Shown one piece after another: positions 9,028 through 19,849 of a stretch of DNA of 64,000 nt. The translations under genes were made by a program, and so were the position numbers. The notes beneath the pieces are model-generated. The model worked only from the letters and a program-made list of their open reading frames with translations, was not told the origin of the DNA and made no database searches. This DNA is from Capsulimonadaceae bacterium (lineage in GTDB: Bacteria; Armatimonadota; Armatimonadia; Armatimonadales; Capsulimonadaceae). Positions within the stretch are counted from its first letter, which is position 1, and every line of letters begins with the position of its first letter. The DNA is taken from positions 4,800,001 to 4,864,000 of the forward strand of contig OZ244065.1 in the NCBI GenBank assembly GCA_965215505.1, in the 5' to 3' direction.

Positions 9028-11886
9028 ATGAATAAAACCTTCTCCCTCCTTAGCCTCGTATTCGCCCTGAGCGCGCCCCGCCTCGCCACCCAGGCCGCGC
9101 CCGCCCCGCGCCAACACCTGCGCTTCGACGCGGGCTGGCGCTTCCACCGGGGGGACGCCCCCGGCGCGGAGCGGGCTGGCTTTGCCGACGCCTCCTGGCG
9201 GCGCGTGGATCTGCCCCATGATTGGAGCATCGAAGACCTGCCGCCCTTGACCACGCCCCAGACGCCGAGCCTTTCCGTCGCGGCGGGTCAATGGCGGTTC
9301 ACATTAGGCGACGACCCCACCTGGAAGAGCGCCGACTTCGACGACTCGGCCTGGAAGACCGTCACACTCCCAGCCTACTGGAGTACGCACCTCACCGGCG
9401 ATTTCACCAATAGGTTCGGCTGGTATCGCCGCCGCTTCCCGGTCCCCGCCGCCTTGCGCGGCCATGACGTTCTCCTGCTGCTCGGCAAGGTAGACGACTC
9501 CGACGAGACGTTCGTCAACGGCGTCAAGGTCGGCGGGATGGGGGCCTTCCCGCCGAACTACGAGACGGCATACTCCGCCACGCGCCGCTACCTCGTCCCG
9601 GCCGGTCTGCTGAAGGGCGACGGCACGGACCTCGTCGCCGTGCGCGACTACAATGGCGGCGGCGACGCGGGCATCTACGAGGCCGCCGCATTGCCGGACC
9701 GCAGCGGCCCGTTCGACGCCGAGAGCGAGGGCGGGGCGGCCCAGGGCTTTACCGAGGGCGGCGTCGGCTGGTATCGCAAGCCGTTCGCGCTCCCCGCAAG
9801 CCTCAAAGGCAAGCGCCTGAGCGTGACGTTTGACGGCGTGTACATGGACTCCAAGGTCTGGCTTAATGGGCACCTGCTGGGCACACACCCCTACGGCTAC
9901 ACAGGGTTTTCCTATGATCTGACCCCCTATGCCCGGCTGGGCGGCGCATCGAATGTGCTGGCCGTCCGGGTAGACGCCAGCGGTAAGACGAGCCGCTGGT
10001 ACTCGGGCGCGGGCATCTACCGCCACGTCTGGCTGACGGCGACCGCGCCCACGCACATCGCCCAGTGGGGCGTCTACGTCACCACGCCAAGTGTCAGCGC
10101 CCGAACCGCGACCGTGCGCGTCCGCACGACGATTGACGGGCGGGTCAAAGGGCAGAGCCTGACCCTGCTTTCGATCCTCGTAGATGCACACGGCTTGCCC
10201 GTCGGTGCGGCTGCGGACGGCGGGCCGCGCGTTGCTGAGTCCGGTACGTTGGACCAGCAGTTTGAAGTCGCCCAGCCCCGCCTCTGGTCCCCGGATACGC
10301 CGACGCTCTACCATCTGGTCAGCACTGTCAGCATCAATGGCAAAGTCATGGATCGGACCGAGACGCCGTTCGGCATCCGCTCGCTCTCCTTCGATGCGAC
10401 TCACGGCTTCCTGCTGAACGGCAAATCCCTGAAACTGCGCGGCGGGTGCGTCCACCACGACGACGGCCCGCTCGGGTCGCGCACCTACGACCGGGCCGAG
10501 GAGCGCCGCGTGGCCCTGCTGAAAGCGGCCGGGTTCAATGCCATCCGCACGAGCCATAACCCTCCCTCGCCCGCCTTCCTGGATGCCTGCGACCGGCTGG
10601 GCGTCCTGGTCATGGATGAGGCCTTCGACTGTTGGAAGTACGGCAAGAACCCACAGGATTATGGCCGGTTCTTCGACGCCAACTGGAAAAGCGACATAGA
10701 CAGCATGGTGCAGCGCGACCGCAACCACCCCAGCGTCGCCCTGTGGAGCATCGGCAACGAGATCCCCGAACAGAACGGCCCGGAAGCCGGCCCGCGCGGC
10801 GCGATGCTGGCCGGCGAGGTACGCGCGTTGGACCCGACGCGCCCCGTCTCCCAGGCGACCAACCCCGACGCCGACAAATTGGAGCCGCTGCTGGAACACC
10901 TCGACGTTGCCGGCTACAACTATCAGGCCGGACGGTTCGCCGCAGACCACGCCAAGCACCCGGACCGCGTGTTCGCCCAGACCGAGTCTTTTCCTAATGA
11001 CTGCTTCAACTCCTGGATGCAGGTCGTGGACCACCCCTACGTCGTCGGCGACTTCGTCTGGACCGCCCTCGACTATCTGGGCGAGGCGGGCATCGGGCGC
11101 GACATCTACCCCGGCGAGGGCGGCGGGTTTGTCGGCGATTACCCCTACGCCGTGTCCGGTTGCGGCGACCTCGACCTGACCGGCACCCGCAAGCCGCAGA
11201 GCTACTTCCGGGGCATTATGTGGGACACTGGCCCGCGCGTCGTCGCCTTCACGGACGCCGTAGCCGAGGGCGAGCCGGGCTACAAGGTCAGCGGCTGGGG
11301 CTGGCCCGATGACCGCGCGAGCTGGACCTGGCCCGGCTCAGAAGGCAAAAACCGGACCATCCGCGTCTACGCCAACACCCCCCGCGTCCGCCTGCTGCTG
11401 AACGGCCGCGACTTGGGCGAGAAGGAGACGACGCGGGCCACGCACGACACGGCTACTTACACCGTCCCCTACGCGCCGGGCGAACTGGCCGCCGTCGGCC
11501 TGGACGCGGGCGGCAAAGAGGTTTCGCGCTGGACCCTGAACACGACCGGCCCGGCCGCCGCCCTGCGCCTGACGCCGGAGCGTACCATCATCGCCGCCGA
11601 CGGCCAGGACCTCGCCTACGTCCAGGTCGAGGCCCTGGACGCGCAGGGCCGGCTGGACCCGAACGCCGCCGCCCTGGTCCATTTCTCCGTAAGTGGACCG
11701 GGCCGGATCGTCGCCGTCGGCAGCGGCGACCCGCGCAGCAAGGAGAGTTTTCAGCAGCCCCAGCGCCGGACCTTCCGGGGCCGTTGCCTCGTCATCCTCC
11801 AGTCGTCCGAGCGCGCCGGGACGCTCCACCTGACCGCCCAGGCCGACGGCCTGAAAGGCGCGGCCACGGCCGTGACCGTGCGATAG
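9028..11886 (+). CDS. Secreted GH2 beta-galactosidase-like hydrolase with an inserted jelly-roll domain
   Basis: Signal peptide; VDLPHDWSIE, FDGVY, SRWYSGAGIYR, NAIRTSHNPP, RDRNHPSV and WSIGNE motifs. Confidence 0.93.
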   Translation: MNKTFSLLSLVFALSAPRLATQAAPAPRQHLRFDAGWRFHRGDAPGAERAGFADASWRRVDLPHDWSIEDLPPLTTPQTPSLSVAAGQWRFTLGDDPTWKSADFDDSAWKTVTLPAYWSTHLTGDFTNRFGWYRRRFPVPAALRGHDVLLLLGKVDDSDETFVNGVKVGGMGAFPPNYETAYSATRRYLVPAGLLKGDGTDLVAVRDYNGGGDAGIYEAAALPDRSGPFDAESEGGAAQGFTEGGVGWYRKPFALPASLKGKRLSVTFDGVYMDSKVWLNGHLLGTHPYGYTGFSYDLTPYARLGGASNVLAVRVDASGKTSRWYSGAGIYRHVWLTATAPTHIAQWGVYVTTPSVSARTATVRVRTTIDGRVKGQSLTLLSILVDAHGLPVGAAADGGPRVAESGTLDQQFEVAQPRLWSPDTPTLYHLVSTVSINGKVMDRTETPFGIRSLSFDATHGFLLNGKSLKLRGGCVHHDDGPLGSRTYDRAEERRVALLKAAGFNAIRTSHNPPSPAFLDACDRLGVLVMDEAFDCWKYGKNPQDYGRFFDANWKSDIDSMVQRDRNHPSVALWSIGNEIPEQNGPEAGPRGAMLAGEVRALDPTRPVSQATNPDADKLEPLLEHLDVAGYNYQAGRFAADHAKHPDRVFAQTESFPNDCFNSWMQVVDHPYVVGDFVWTALDYLGEAGIGRDIYPGEGGGFVGDYPYAVSGCGDLDLTGTRKPQSYFRGIMWDTGPRVVAFTDAVAEGEPGYKVSGWGWPDDRASWTWPGSEGKNRTIRVYANTPRVRLLLNGRDLGEKETTRATHDTATYTVPYAPGELAAVGLDAGGKEVSRWTLNTTGPAAALRLTPERTIIAADGQDLAYVQVEALDAQGRLDPNAAALVHFSVSGPGRIVAVGSGDPRSKESFQQPQRRTFRGRCLVILQSSERAGTLHLTAQADGLKGAATAVTVR

Positions 11887-11912
11887 CTCACTGCCGCGCC
11901 CAAGGAATACAT

Positions 11913-14453
11913 ATGCGCTTCGCCCTCTCCGCTGCCCTCGCCTTCCTTGCCGCTCTTGTACCGACCGCCGCCTGCCATGCCGCCGCGCCGCCGACGCCCC
12001 CCGCCATCACCACCGACGCGGACGGCGTGACCATCCATGGCAAGCGGACCATCCTGTTGATCGGCACCTTCCAGCCCTCCCGCACCGACCCCTCCGACTG
12101 GGACCGGAGGCTGGGACAGTTCGCGGGAAGCGGCTACAATACGATAGACTGCCTCGTGCCCTGGAACTTCCACGAGCCGGAGGAAGGCCGCTTCGACTTC
12201 TCCTCGCCCACGCACGACCTGCCCCGCTTCCTGCGGCTCTGTCAGAAGCACCACCTGTACGTCTTCCTCCGCTCCGGTCCTTACGTCTGCGACGAGTGGG
12301 ACGGCGGCGGTTTCCCCGCCTGGCTCATCCCCAAGGCCGGCCTCGCGATCCGCCGCACCAACCCGCGCTATCTGGCCGCCGTCCGCGAGTTCGTGCGCGC
12401 CCTAGACAAGATCGTCCGGCCCTACCAGATCACGAAAGGCGGGCCGGTCATCCTGAACCAACTGGAAAACGAGCTGGACTATTTCGGCGGGGCGGGGCCG
12501 GACGACGACCGCCGCGTCTACCTCACCGCCCTGCGCGATTACGCCCGGCAGGACGGCCTGGACATCCCTTTGACCGCCTGCGTCGGCGGCCCGAACAGCA
12601 CCGACGGGCCGCTGCGGCGGGCGATGGGGCTTGCCGATGGCATCATCCCCACTGGCAACTTCTACGGCGGCGGCGCGATCGAGGCGCGGGCGCACGGGTT
12701 CATCGCCGCCGTCCACGCGGCCAAGTCCGCAGACGGCGCTTCGCTCGCCGCGTTCCCCGTCGTCTGCTCCGAAACCGGGCGGGACGAGGCCGGGCAGCGA
12801 CGCCTGCTGGCGGCGGGGCTGAAAGGCGTCTCGCCCTTCAACTTCGTGTCCGGCTCGAACTTCCTGTTCAACAACGGCGACACCAACTGGAACAGCCCGA
12901 TCTCCTATATCAGCACGTCCGTGGACTTCGGCGGCATGATCAGCTTCAGCGGCGTCCAGACTGCCAACTGGTACGCCGCCCGCCGCCTGGCCGGCTTCGT
13001 CAACACGGTTTCGGATGCCCTGGGCCGCGCCGCGTCCGACACGAACTGGGAGGGCGGGTTTTCTGCCTCCAACGCCGCCCTCGGGGCCGACGAGGGCGGC
13101 GGCAAGCCCCGCCGCCTGTACCGGCTAGCCGCCCCGAACGGCCCGCAGTTCGTGTTCCTGTGGAACGACGGCGGCAAAGCCCAGCCGACGACGCTGACGG
13201 TCGGCGCGCTGACCCTGCCGCGCCACTCCGCCCTCACCGTCGCGCCCGGTTACGACCAGATCGTGCCGCTAAACCTGTCCCTGGCCGCCTGGGGCCTGCC
13301 CGCTGTCACCCTGCGCTACGCGACCGGCGAGCTTTACCACTGCGAGGAAGAGGGCCAGACGACGACCCTGACGCTGGCCGGGAACGCGGGTGATGAGGGC
13401 GAGGTCAGCCTGTCTGCCGCGCCCGCCAAGGTGTTCGCCACGGGCACCCCTGCCCGCGTCTATGCCGACGGCGGCGACTGGACAGCCGCTTATCGGACCG
13501 GGCAGACGCGCGGCCTGACCCTCTTCTACGGCCCGCGCCGCCTGGTCGTCCGGCTGGTTTCACGGCAGGAACTCGACGCCGTCCCGAACGCCAAGCCGCC
13601 GACGCGCGACCTTCTGGCCGGGGGTGTTTGGCGCACTATGGATGCCGCCGCCCCCGCCGCTTCCGCCGCCCGCTCCTTCGCCGGGCCGGAACCGCCGACG
13701 ATGGAGGCGGTGGGTCTGTGGCACGGCGCAGCCTGGTATCGGTGCGCCTTCGCCGCCCACCCGACTGCGGGCGGTGTGGCCCCCGTCCTCTCCCTGGCGC
13801 ACGCCGGGGACCTCGTGACGGCTTACCTCAACGGCAAATCCCTGGGAACTCAGCGCGGCCTCGGCAGCGAAGTCAAGTTCGACGCGGCGGAGGCGCTTCA
13901 GGAGGGGACGAACACGCTCGCCGTCCGCGTCGAAGTGTGGGGCCACGCGAACTTCGACGACGGCCGCAATCCCAGCCTGCGCCTGAACAGCCCGCGCGGT
14001 TTATGGGGGCCAATCCGCCTGGGCGATGCGCCCCTAAGTCCCGTCGGCGGCTGGCGGGTGTCCGCCGAGGACCCGTCGCCGCCGGCTTCCTTCGCGGGGC
14101 CTGACGGCGCGCTGACCGTTGGCGAGACCGGCCGGGGCACCTGGCATGAACGGACGCTGAAGCTGTCCGGCTCTATCTCCTCCAGGGGCTACGTCCTCAG
14201 CCTGGCCGGGAAGAACGTCCTGGGGCACCTGTTCGTCAACGGCCACCCCCTGGGCCGCTGCCTGTTCGGCCCCGCGATGGACCCGCACATGGCCGGCGGC
14301 CCGTCCGACCTGTTCTACGTCCCCGCCGCCTGGCTTTCCCCCGCCGGTCGCCCCACGCGCCTGAGCGTGTGGACATTGGCGACCGGGCCGGATGCCGCCC
14401 TCACAAAGATGGACTGGACGCCTGTCCCGCCGAACGCCGAGGAAACCCGATGA
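11913..14453 (+). CDS. Secreted GH35 beta-galactosidase-like hydrolase
   Basis: Signal peptide; VPWNFHEPEEGRFDF, RSGPYVCDEWDGGGFPAWL, GGPVILNQLENE. Confidence 0.88.
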   Translation: MRFALSAALAFLAALVPTAACHAAAPPTPPAITTDADGVTIHGKRTILLIGTFQPSRTDPSDWDRRLGQFAGSGYNTIDCLVPWNFHEPEEGRFDFSSPTHDLPRFLRLCQKHHLYVFLRSGPYVCDEWDGGGFPAWLIPKAGLAIRRTNPRYLAAVREFVRALDKIVRPYQITKGGPVILNQLENELDYFGGAGPDDDRRVYLTALRDYARQDGLDIPLTACVGGPNSTDGPLRRAMGLADGIIPTGNFYGGGAIEARAHGFIAAVHAAKSADGASLAAFPVVCSETGRDEAGQRRLLAAGLKGVSPFNFVSGSNFLFNNGDTNWNSPISYISTSVDFGGMISFSGVQTANWYAARRLAGFVNTVSDALGRAASDTNWEGGFSASNAALGADEGGGKPRRLYRLAAPNGPQFVFLWNDGGKAQPTTLTVGALTLPRHSALTVAPGYDQIVPLNLSLAAWGLPAVTLRYATGELYHCEEEGQTTTLTLAGNAGDEGEVSLSAAPAKVFATGTPARVYADGGDWTAAYRTGQTRGLTLFYGPRRLVVRLVSRQELDAVPNAKPPTRDLLAGGVWRTMDAAAPAASAARSFAGPEPPTMEAVGLWHGAAWYRCAFAAHPTAGGVAPVLSLAHAGDLVTAYLNGKSLGTQRGLGSEVKFDAAEALQEGTNTLAVRVEVWGHANFDDGRNPSLRLNSPRGLWGPIRLGDAPLSPVGGWRVSAEDPSPPASFAGPDGALTVGETGRGTWHERTLKLSGSISSRGYVLSLAGKNVLGHLFVNGHPLGRCLFGPAMDPHMAGGPSDLFYVPAAWLSPAGRPTRLSVWTLATGPDAALTKMDWTPVPPNAEETR

Positions 14454-17374
14454 TCCCACTTGTTCCCGCCCACCTCACCTGTGAGTACCGCGCCGACCCG
14501 CGCGGCATTGACGCCCTGCGCCCGCGCCTGAGCTGGCAGGTACAGTCGCCCCTGCGCGGCGAACGGCAGACCGCCTACCGGATACTTGTCGCGGACAGTC
14601 CGCAAGAACTCGCTCGGAGCCGAGGGAACGTCTGGGACAGCGGCAAGGTCCTGTCGGGCCGGACCGTCGCCGTCCGCTACGGCGGCCCGGCCCTGGCCTC
14701 GGGGCGTGTCTGCTTCTGGAAGGTCCGTGTCTGGGACAAAGACGGCAAGCCCTCGCCGGGAAGCGCGCCCGCACAATGGCAGATGGGCCTCCTGCGTCCT
14801 TCCGACTGGCGCGCGTCTTGGATCAGCGCGGCCACCCCGCGCGACACCAAGGACGGGGGACTCACCCTGCCGCCCTGCCCCTACCTGCGGAAGACGTTCA
14901 CACTGGACAGATCCATCAAGCGGGCCACACTCTACGCCACGGCGCGCGGCTTGTATGCCCTCAGCGTCAACCGCAAGCGGGTGGGGGATGCCGTGTTCGC
15001 GCCCGGCTGGACCGACTACACCAAGCGCATCGTCTATCAGACCTATGACGTCACCGGGCGGCTGCACGTCGGCGCGAACACCCTGGGCGCTGTCCTCGGT
15101 GACGGCTGGTACGGCGGCTATGTCGGCTTCGGACGCCGCCGAGATCTTTACGGCGACCGCCCACAGTTTCGGGCGCAGCTCGTGATCGAGTACGCCGGCG
15201 GCAGCCGCCAAACGGTCCTGACCGACGGCTCCTGGCGCGGCGCGGTCGGCCCGCTCCTGCACTCGGACTTCTTGCAGGGCGAGACTTATGACGCCCGCCG
15301 CGCCCCGTCCGGCTGGCGACCGGTCGTGGTCCAGCCCGCCGCCCCGCGCTTGAAAGAAACCGACGTGACCGCGAGGCTCCAGGCGCGGGTTCAGAACGAG
15401 GCCCTGAGCGTCGTCGCCGACAACAAGATCGCGGGCGACCCCGCCTATCTCACGCCCAAACGACTGCGGGTGGACTACACCTTGGGGGGCGTAGCCCATT
15501 CGCAGACTACTGCCGAGGATGCGACGCTGACGATCCCCGGACCCGGCGAAACCCCCGGCCCGCTCGTCATAAGGCGCGCGGTCTACGGCGCTCTGGGTGA
15601 CCCGACCGGCCCCCCCAGCCTCGTCGCCCAAATCGGGCCGCCGGTGCGCGTCACGCAGCACCTCCCGCCCCGCCGCGTGACCCGGCCCGCGCCGGGGACG
15701 TATCTGTACGACTTGGGCCAGAACATGGTCGGCTGGGCGCGGCTCAAAGTCAAGGGCCCGGCGGGGACGGCCGTCCGGCTGCGCTTCGGCGAGATACTGA
15801 ACCCCGACGGCACCCTCTACACGACCAACCTGCGCTCGGCGCGGGCGACCGACACTTACATCCTCAAAGGGCACGGCGTTGAAACCTGGGAGCCGCACTT
15901 CACCTTCCATGGCTTCCGCTACGTTGAAGTCACCGGCTACCCTGGCAGGCCGCGCCCGGACGCCGTGATGGGCTGCGTCGTCGGCTCGGACATGCCCCCG
16001 GCGGGAAAATTCATTTGTTCCCAGCCGATGGTGAACAAGCTCCAGCATAACATCGTCTGGGGCCAGCGCGGCAACTTTCTCAGTGTCCCGACGGACTGCC
16101 CGCAGCGCGACGAGCGCCTGGGCTGGATGGGCGATGCCCAGATATTCGCCCGGACCGCCACCTACAACCGGGACGTGGCGGCGTTTTATGAGAAGTGGAT
16201 GGACGACGTTGACGACGCCCAATCCCCCTCGGGCGGCTTCTCCGACGTCTCGCCGCGCCTCGTGGACGGGTCCGACGGGGCACCCGCCTGGGGCGACGCC
16301 GGCATCATCGTCCCCTGGACCGTTTACCAGGCCTACGGCGACACTGGCATTCTCGCCGCGCACTGGCCCGCGATGACGCGCTGGCTGGGCTACATCACGT
16401 CGGTCAACCCCGACGGCCTGTGGACACGCCGCCGCAACAACGACTTCGGCGACTGGCTCTCCATCGCCGCCGACACGCCCAAAGACGTGCTTGGAACGGC
16501 CTACTACGCCTACGACGCCTCCCTCATGGCGCGCATGGCCCGCGCCCTGGGCCGCACCTCGGAGGCCGCGCGCTATGACGCCCTGTTTGGCCACATCAAG
16601 TCGGCCTTCAATGCCGCCTACGTCTCGCCTGACGGGCGCATCAAGGGCGACACGCAGACCGCCTACGTCCTGGCCCTGCGCTTTAATCTCCTCCCGGATA
16701 CCCTGCGTCCGCTGGCAGCCCAGCGCCTCGTTGCCGACATCGCGGCCAAGAACAATCACCTCTCCACCGGGTTCGTCGGCGTCGGCTACCTCTGCCCCGT
16801 CCTGACCGAAACCGGGCACAACGATGTCGCCTACAGGCTGCTCCTCAACGACACCTTCCCGTCGTGGGGGTACTCCATCAAGCAGGGCGCGACGACCATC
16901 TGGGAGCGGTGGGACGGCTACACCAAAGAAAAGGGCTTCCAGGACCCCGGCATGAACTCGTTCAACCACTACTCGCTCGGCTCGGTCGGCCAGTGGCTCT
17001 ACCAGGACGTTGCCGGGATTGACACCGACCCGAACCAGCCCGGCTTCGCCCATATCTTGATCCGTCCGCACCCCGGCCCCGGTCTGACCCAGGCCCGCGC
17101 CATCTACGACAGCATCCGGGGTCCCATCACCTGCGCCTGGCATACGGGCGGCGCGGGCCTGACCCTGGACGTGACGGTTCCCGCCAACACCACGGCGACT
17201 GTCTTCGTGCCCGCGCCCGGCGGGGCAGATGTGACCGAGGGCGGTGTTCCCGCCGCCCGCGCGCCGGGCGTCTCTTCGGCGCAGCGGGTAGGAGATCAAG
17301 TCGTGGTTTCCATCGGTTCCGGCTCGTACCATTTCCAGGTGCGCCAGGGTGCTGCGACCGAGGCGAGGAGATAA
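14450..17374 (+). CDS. GH78 alpha-L-rhamnosidase with an internal DUF3395-like insert
   Basis: PRLSW, DLGQNMVG, FTFHGFRYVE, PTDCPQRDERLGWMGD, GATTIWERW and MNSFNHY motifs; ATGA-coupled to the upstream gene. Confidence 0.95.
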   Translation: MIPLVPAHLTCEYRADPRGIDALRPRLSWQVQSPLRGERQTAYRILVADSPQELARSRGNVWDSGKVLSGRTVAVRYGGPALASGRVCFWKVRVWDKDGKPSPGSAPAQWQMGLLRPSDWRASWISAATPRDTKDGGLTLPPCPYLRKTFTLDRSIKRATLYATARGLYALSVNRKRVGDAVFAPGWTDYTKRIVYQTYDVTGRLHVGANTLGAVLGDGWYGGYVGFGRRRDLYGDRPQFRAQLVIEYAGGSRQTVLTDGSWRGAVGPLLHSDFLQGETYDARRAPSGWRPVVVQPAAPRLKETDVTARLQARVQNEALSVVADNKIAGDPAYLTPKRLRVDYTLGGVAHSQTTAEDATLTIPGPGETPGPLVIRRAVYGALGDPTGPPSLVAQIGPPVRVTQHLPPRRVTRPAPGTYLYDLGQNMVGWARLKVKGPAGTAVRLRFGEILNPDGTLYTTNLRSARATDTYILKGHGVETWEPHFTFHGFRYVEVTGYPGRPRPDAVMGCVVGSDMPPAGKFICSQPMVNKLQHNIVWGQRGNFLSVPTDCPQRDERLGWMGDAQIFARTATYNRDVAAFYEKWMDDVDDAQSPSGGFSDVSPRLVDGSDGAPAWGDAGIIVPWTVYQAYGDTGILAAHWPAMTRWLGYITSVNPDGLWTRRRNNDFGDWLSIAADTPKDVLGTAYYAYDASLMARMARALGRTSEAARYDALFGHIKSAFNAAYVSPDGRIKGDTQTAYVLALRFNLLPDTLRPLAAQRLVADIAAKNNHLSTGFVGVGYLCPVLTETGHNDVAYRLLLNDTFPSWGYSIKQGATTIWERWDGYTKEKGFQDPGMNSFNHYSLGSVGQWLYQDVAGIDTDPNQPGFAHILIRPHPGPGLTQARAIYDSIRGPITCAWHTGGAGLTLDVTVPANTTATVFVPAPGGADVTEGGVPAARAPGVSSAQRVGDQVVVSIGSGSYHFQVRQGAATEARR

Positions 17375-17375
17375 G

Positions 17376-19769
17376 GTGACGAACCCGGAGGAGCCTAAAC
17401 CCCTTATCGCCGTCATCCCTGCTCCACCGCCCGCCTTGCAGGGCGGCCTGACCATGGGAACAGCGCGCTCCCCGGACGGGCGCGAGATCACCGTCAACAG
17501 CCGGAGCCTCCTGCGTGACGGCCTGCCCTGGCTGCCCGTCATGGGCGAGTTCCACTACGCCCGCACTCCCGAGGGCGAGTGGCGTGATGAACTCCTCAAA
17601 GTGCAGGCGGGCGGCATTGACATCGTGGCCTCGTACCAGTTCTGGATACACCACGAGGAGCAGGAAGGACGCTGGGACTGGTCGGGCCGCCGTAGCCTGC
17701 GCCGGTTCGTTCAGCTCTGCGGCGAGGTTGGCCTGGCGTTCGTCGCCCGCATCGGCCCCTGGTGTCATGGCGAGGTCCGCAACGGCGGCCTCCCCGATTG
17801 GCTCCTGGCAGCGTCCGAAACGCGCACCGACGATCCCCGCTATCTCACCCACGTCCGCCGGTTCTATGCCGAAATCGCCGCACAGCTTCAGGGCCTCCTG
17901 TGGAAAGACGGCGGCCCCGTCGTCGGCGTCCAGATCGAGAACGAGTACGGCGGCCCCGCCGAACACCTGCTCACCCTCAAGCGTCTCGCCCGCGAGGCCG
18001 GCCTGGACGTGCCCCTGTACACCCGGACGGGCTGGCCGGAGCTGAGTACCCCCATGCCCCTGGGGGAGCTGCTGCCCCTCTTCGGCGGCTACCCGGACGG
18101 CTTCTGGGACCGGTCGCTTGAAGAGATGCCGCCCGGCTTCCGGGGCGCGTTCCGGTTCAGCGCCGTCCGCGCCGACGCCGCCATCGCGACCGACCAGCTT
18201 GGCGACCGGGACGCGCAGGAGGAAGACAACCTGCACTACCCCTACTTCGCCTGCGAGATCGGCGGCGGCATGGAGCGCAGCTACCACCGCCGGATTCGCA
18301 TGGCTCCAGCGGACATAGCCGCCCTGGCCCTGGTCAAGCTCGGCTCCGGCAGCAACCTCCAGGGCTACTACATGTACCACGGCGGCACCAACCCCGAGGG
18401 TAGGCTGTCCACGTTGCAGGAGTCCCAGGCCACCGGCTACTGGAACGACCTGCCGGTCAAGTCCTATGACTTCCAGGCCCCCCTGGGCGAGTTCGGCCAG
18501 GTCCGCGCCCACTACCACTCACTGCGTCGGATGCACCTGTTCCTGCGCGACTTCGGGGCGGGCCTGGCCCTCATGCCCTCGGTCCTGCCGGAGAGACGGC
18601 CCGCGCCTCCCGACGACACGGACACGTTGCGCTGGTCGGTCCGGTCGGACGGACGCGGCGGCTTCCTGTTCGTCAACAACTACCAGCGCCTCCAGTCGAT
18701 GCCGCCCAAAGAGGGTGTCCAATTCGACCTGCGTCTGCCGACCGGGCCGCTCGTCGTCCCCAATCAGCCTGTCACGCTCCCCGCTGACTGCGCCCTCTTT
18801 TGGCCGTTCAACCTGGACATGGGCGGCGCGGCGCTTGTGTACGCCACCGCTCAGCTTGTCTGCCGCCTGGAAGATCAGGGGACTGACTACTCCGTGTTCG
18901 CCCAGACCCCCGGCGTCCCTTCGGAGTTCGTGTTTGACGCCGTGGGCCTGTCCGTAGAGTCGGCGAACGGCGAGGTGACGGAGGCGGCGGGCCGAACCCG
19001 CGTCGAGCTACAGCCGGGGACCGAGGCCGCCCTGCGCCTGCGGACGGCGGACGGGCGGCATGTCGCCGTCCTGCTGCTGGATGAGCCGCAGTCTCTCGCC
19101 TGCTGGAAGGGTGTGTTCGCGGGCCGCGAGCGCCTGTTCCTGACCCGCGCCGCGTTGCTCCTCGATGGTGACGACAGTAGCCTGCGCCTCCGCGCCGCCG
19201 ACCCCGCCGACCTGACGGTCGGCATCTTTCCCGCGCCCCCGCCGCTCACGACCGGCGGCGTTCCGGCCCCGGCGCTGCCCGACGGTCTTTTCCACCGCTT
19301 CACCGCCCATGCCGTCCCCGCCGTGTCGGTCGAGGCCACCTGGGAGCAGATCAAGGCCGCCGGCCCCGCCCGCCGGATCGTCCTGGGCAGCCAGGGCGTC
19401 GCCGAAGCACCTTCCGAGGCTGATTTCGAGGACGCCGCCGTCTGGCGGCTGCACCTGCCATCAGATATGGGCACGGACCGCGCCCTGCGGCTCCGCATCC
19501 ATTACACGGGCGATGTCGCCCGCGTCCTGCTCGACGACGTCCTCCTGACCGACAACTTCTACAACGGCGACCCCCTTGAGGTCGGCCTGAAGCGCCACGC
19601 GCCCGACATATACGCGGGCGATCTGCGGCTCCAAATCCTGCCGCTCCGCTCCGACGCGCCCATTCATTTGCCCCAGGACGCCTGGCCGGACGGCAACGCC
19701 GACTCTATGGCGTCGCTCCACTCCATTGAAGTCGTCGAGGAACTGGAAACAGAATTCCGATCCCCGTAG
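17376..19769 (+). CDS. GH35 beta-galactosidase, no obvious signal peptide
   Basis: GTG start after GAGGAG; MGEFHYAR, RIGPWCHGEVRNGGLPDW, VQIENE, YYMYHGGTNP, SYDFQAPLGEFG. Confidence 0.92.
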   Translation: MTNPEEPKPLIAVIPAPPPALQGGLTMGTARSPDGREITVNSRSLLRDGLPWLPVMGEFHYARTPEGEWRDELLKVQAGGIDIVASYQFWIHHEEQEGRWDWSGRRSLRRFVQLCGEVGLAFVARIGPWCHGEVRNGGLPDWLLAASETRTDDPRYLTHVRRFYAEIAAQLQGLLWKDGGPVVGVQIENEYGGPAEHLLTLKRLAREAGLDVPLYTRTGWPELSTPMPLGELLPLFGGYPDGFWDRSLEEMPPGFRGAFRFSAVRADAAIATDQLGDRDAQEEDNLHYPYFACEIGGGMERSYHRRIRMAPADIAALALVKLGSGSNLQGYYMYHGGTNPEGRLSTLQESQATGYWNDLPVKSYDFQAPLGEFGQVRAHYHSLRRMHLFLRDFGAGLALMPSVLPERRPAPPDDTDTLRWSVRSDGRGGFLFVNNYQRLQSMPPKEGVQFDLRLPTGPLVVPNQPVTLPADCALFWPFNLDMGGAALVYATAQLVCRLEDQGTDYSVFAQTPGVPSEFVFDAVGLSVESANGEVTEAAGRTRVELQPGTEAALRLRTADGRHVAVLLLDEPQSLACWKGVFAGRERLFLTRAALLLDGDDSSLRLRAADPADLTVGIFPAPPPLTTGGVPAPALPDGLFHRFTAHAVPAVSVEATWEQIKAAGPARRIVLGSQGVAEAPSEADFEDAAVWRLHLPSDMGTDRALRLRIHYTGDVARVLLDDVLLTDNFYNGDPLEVGLKRHAPDIYAGDLRLQILPLRSDAPIHLPQDAWPDGNADSMASLHSIEVVEELETEFRSP

Positions 19770-19790
19770 GGGCGCCGCTTGCCGCGCCCT
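19766..19790. repeat. GTAG-type REP palindrome
   Basis: gtaggggcgccgcttgccgcgccct, identical to 50473-50497; supplies the GH35 TAG stop; followed by a 17-bp direct repeat (19786-19802 and 19804-19820). Confidence 0.85.
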
Positions 19791-19849
19791 CCTCATCTTT
19801 CCGGCCCTCCTCATCTTTCCAATCCCTCTTGGCACCCCCCGAAAAATAG

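Noticed and set aside
14315-17542. Very long minus-strand ORFs (also 5375-8101 and 61891-63825, plus many 200-600 aa overlapping frames)
   Set aside because: They are antisense or off-frame shadows of motif-supported genes, expected in high-GC DNA with few stop codons; their translations lack motifs.
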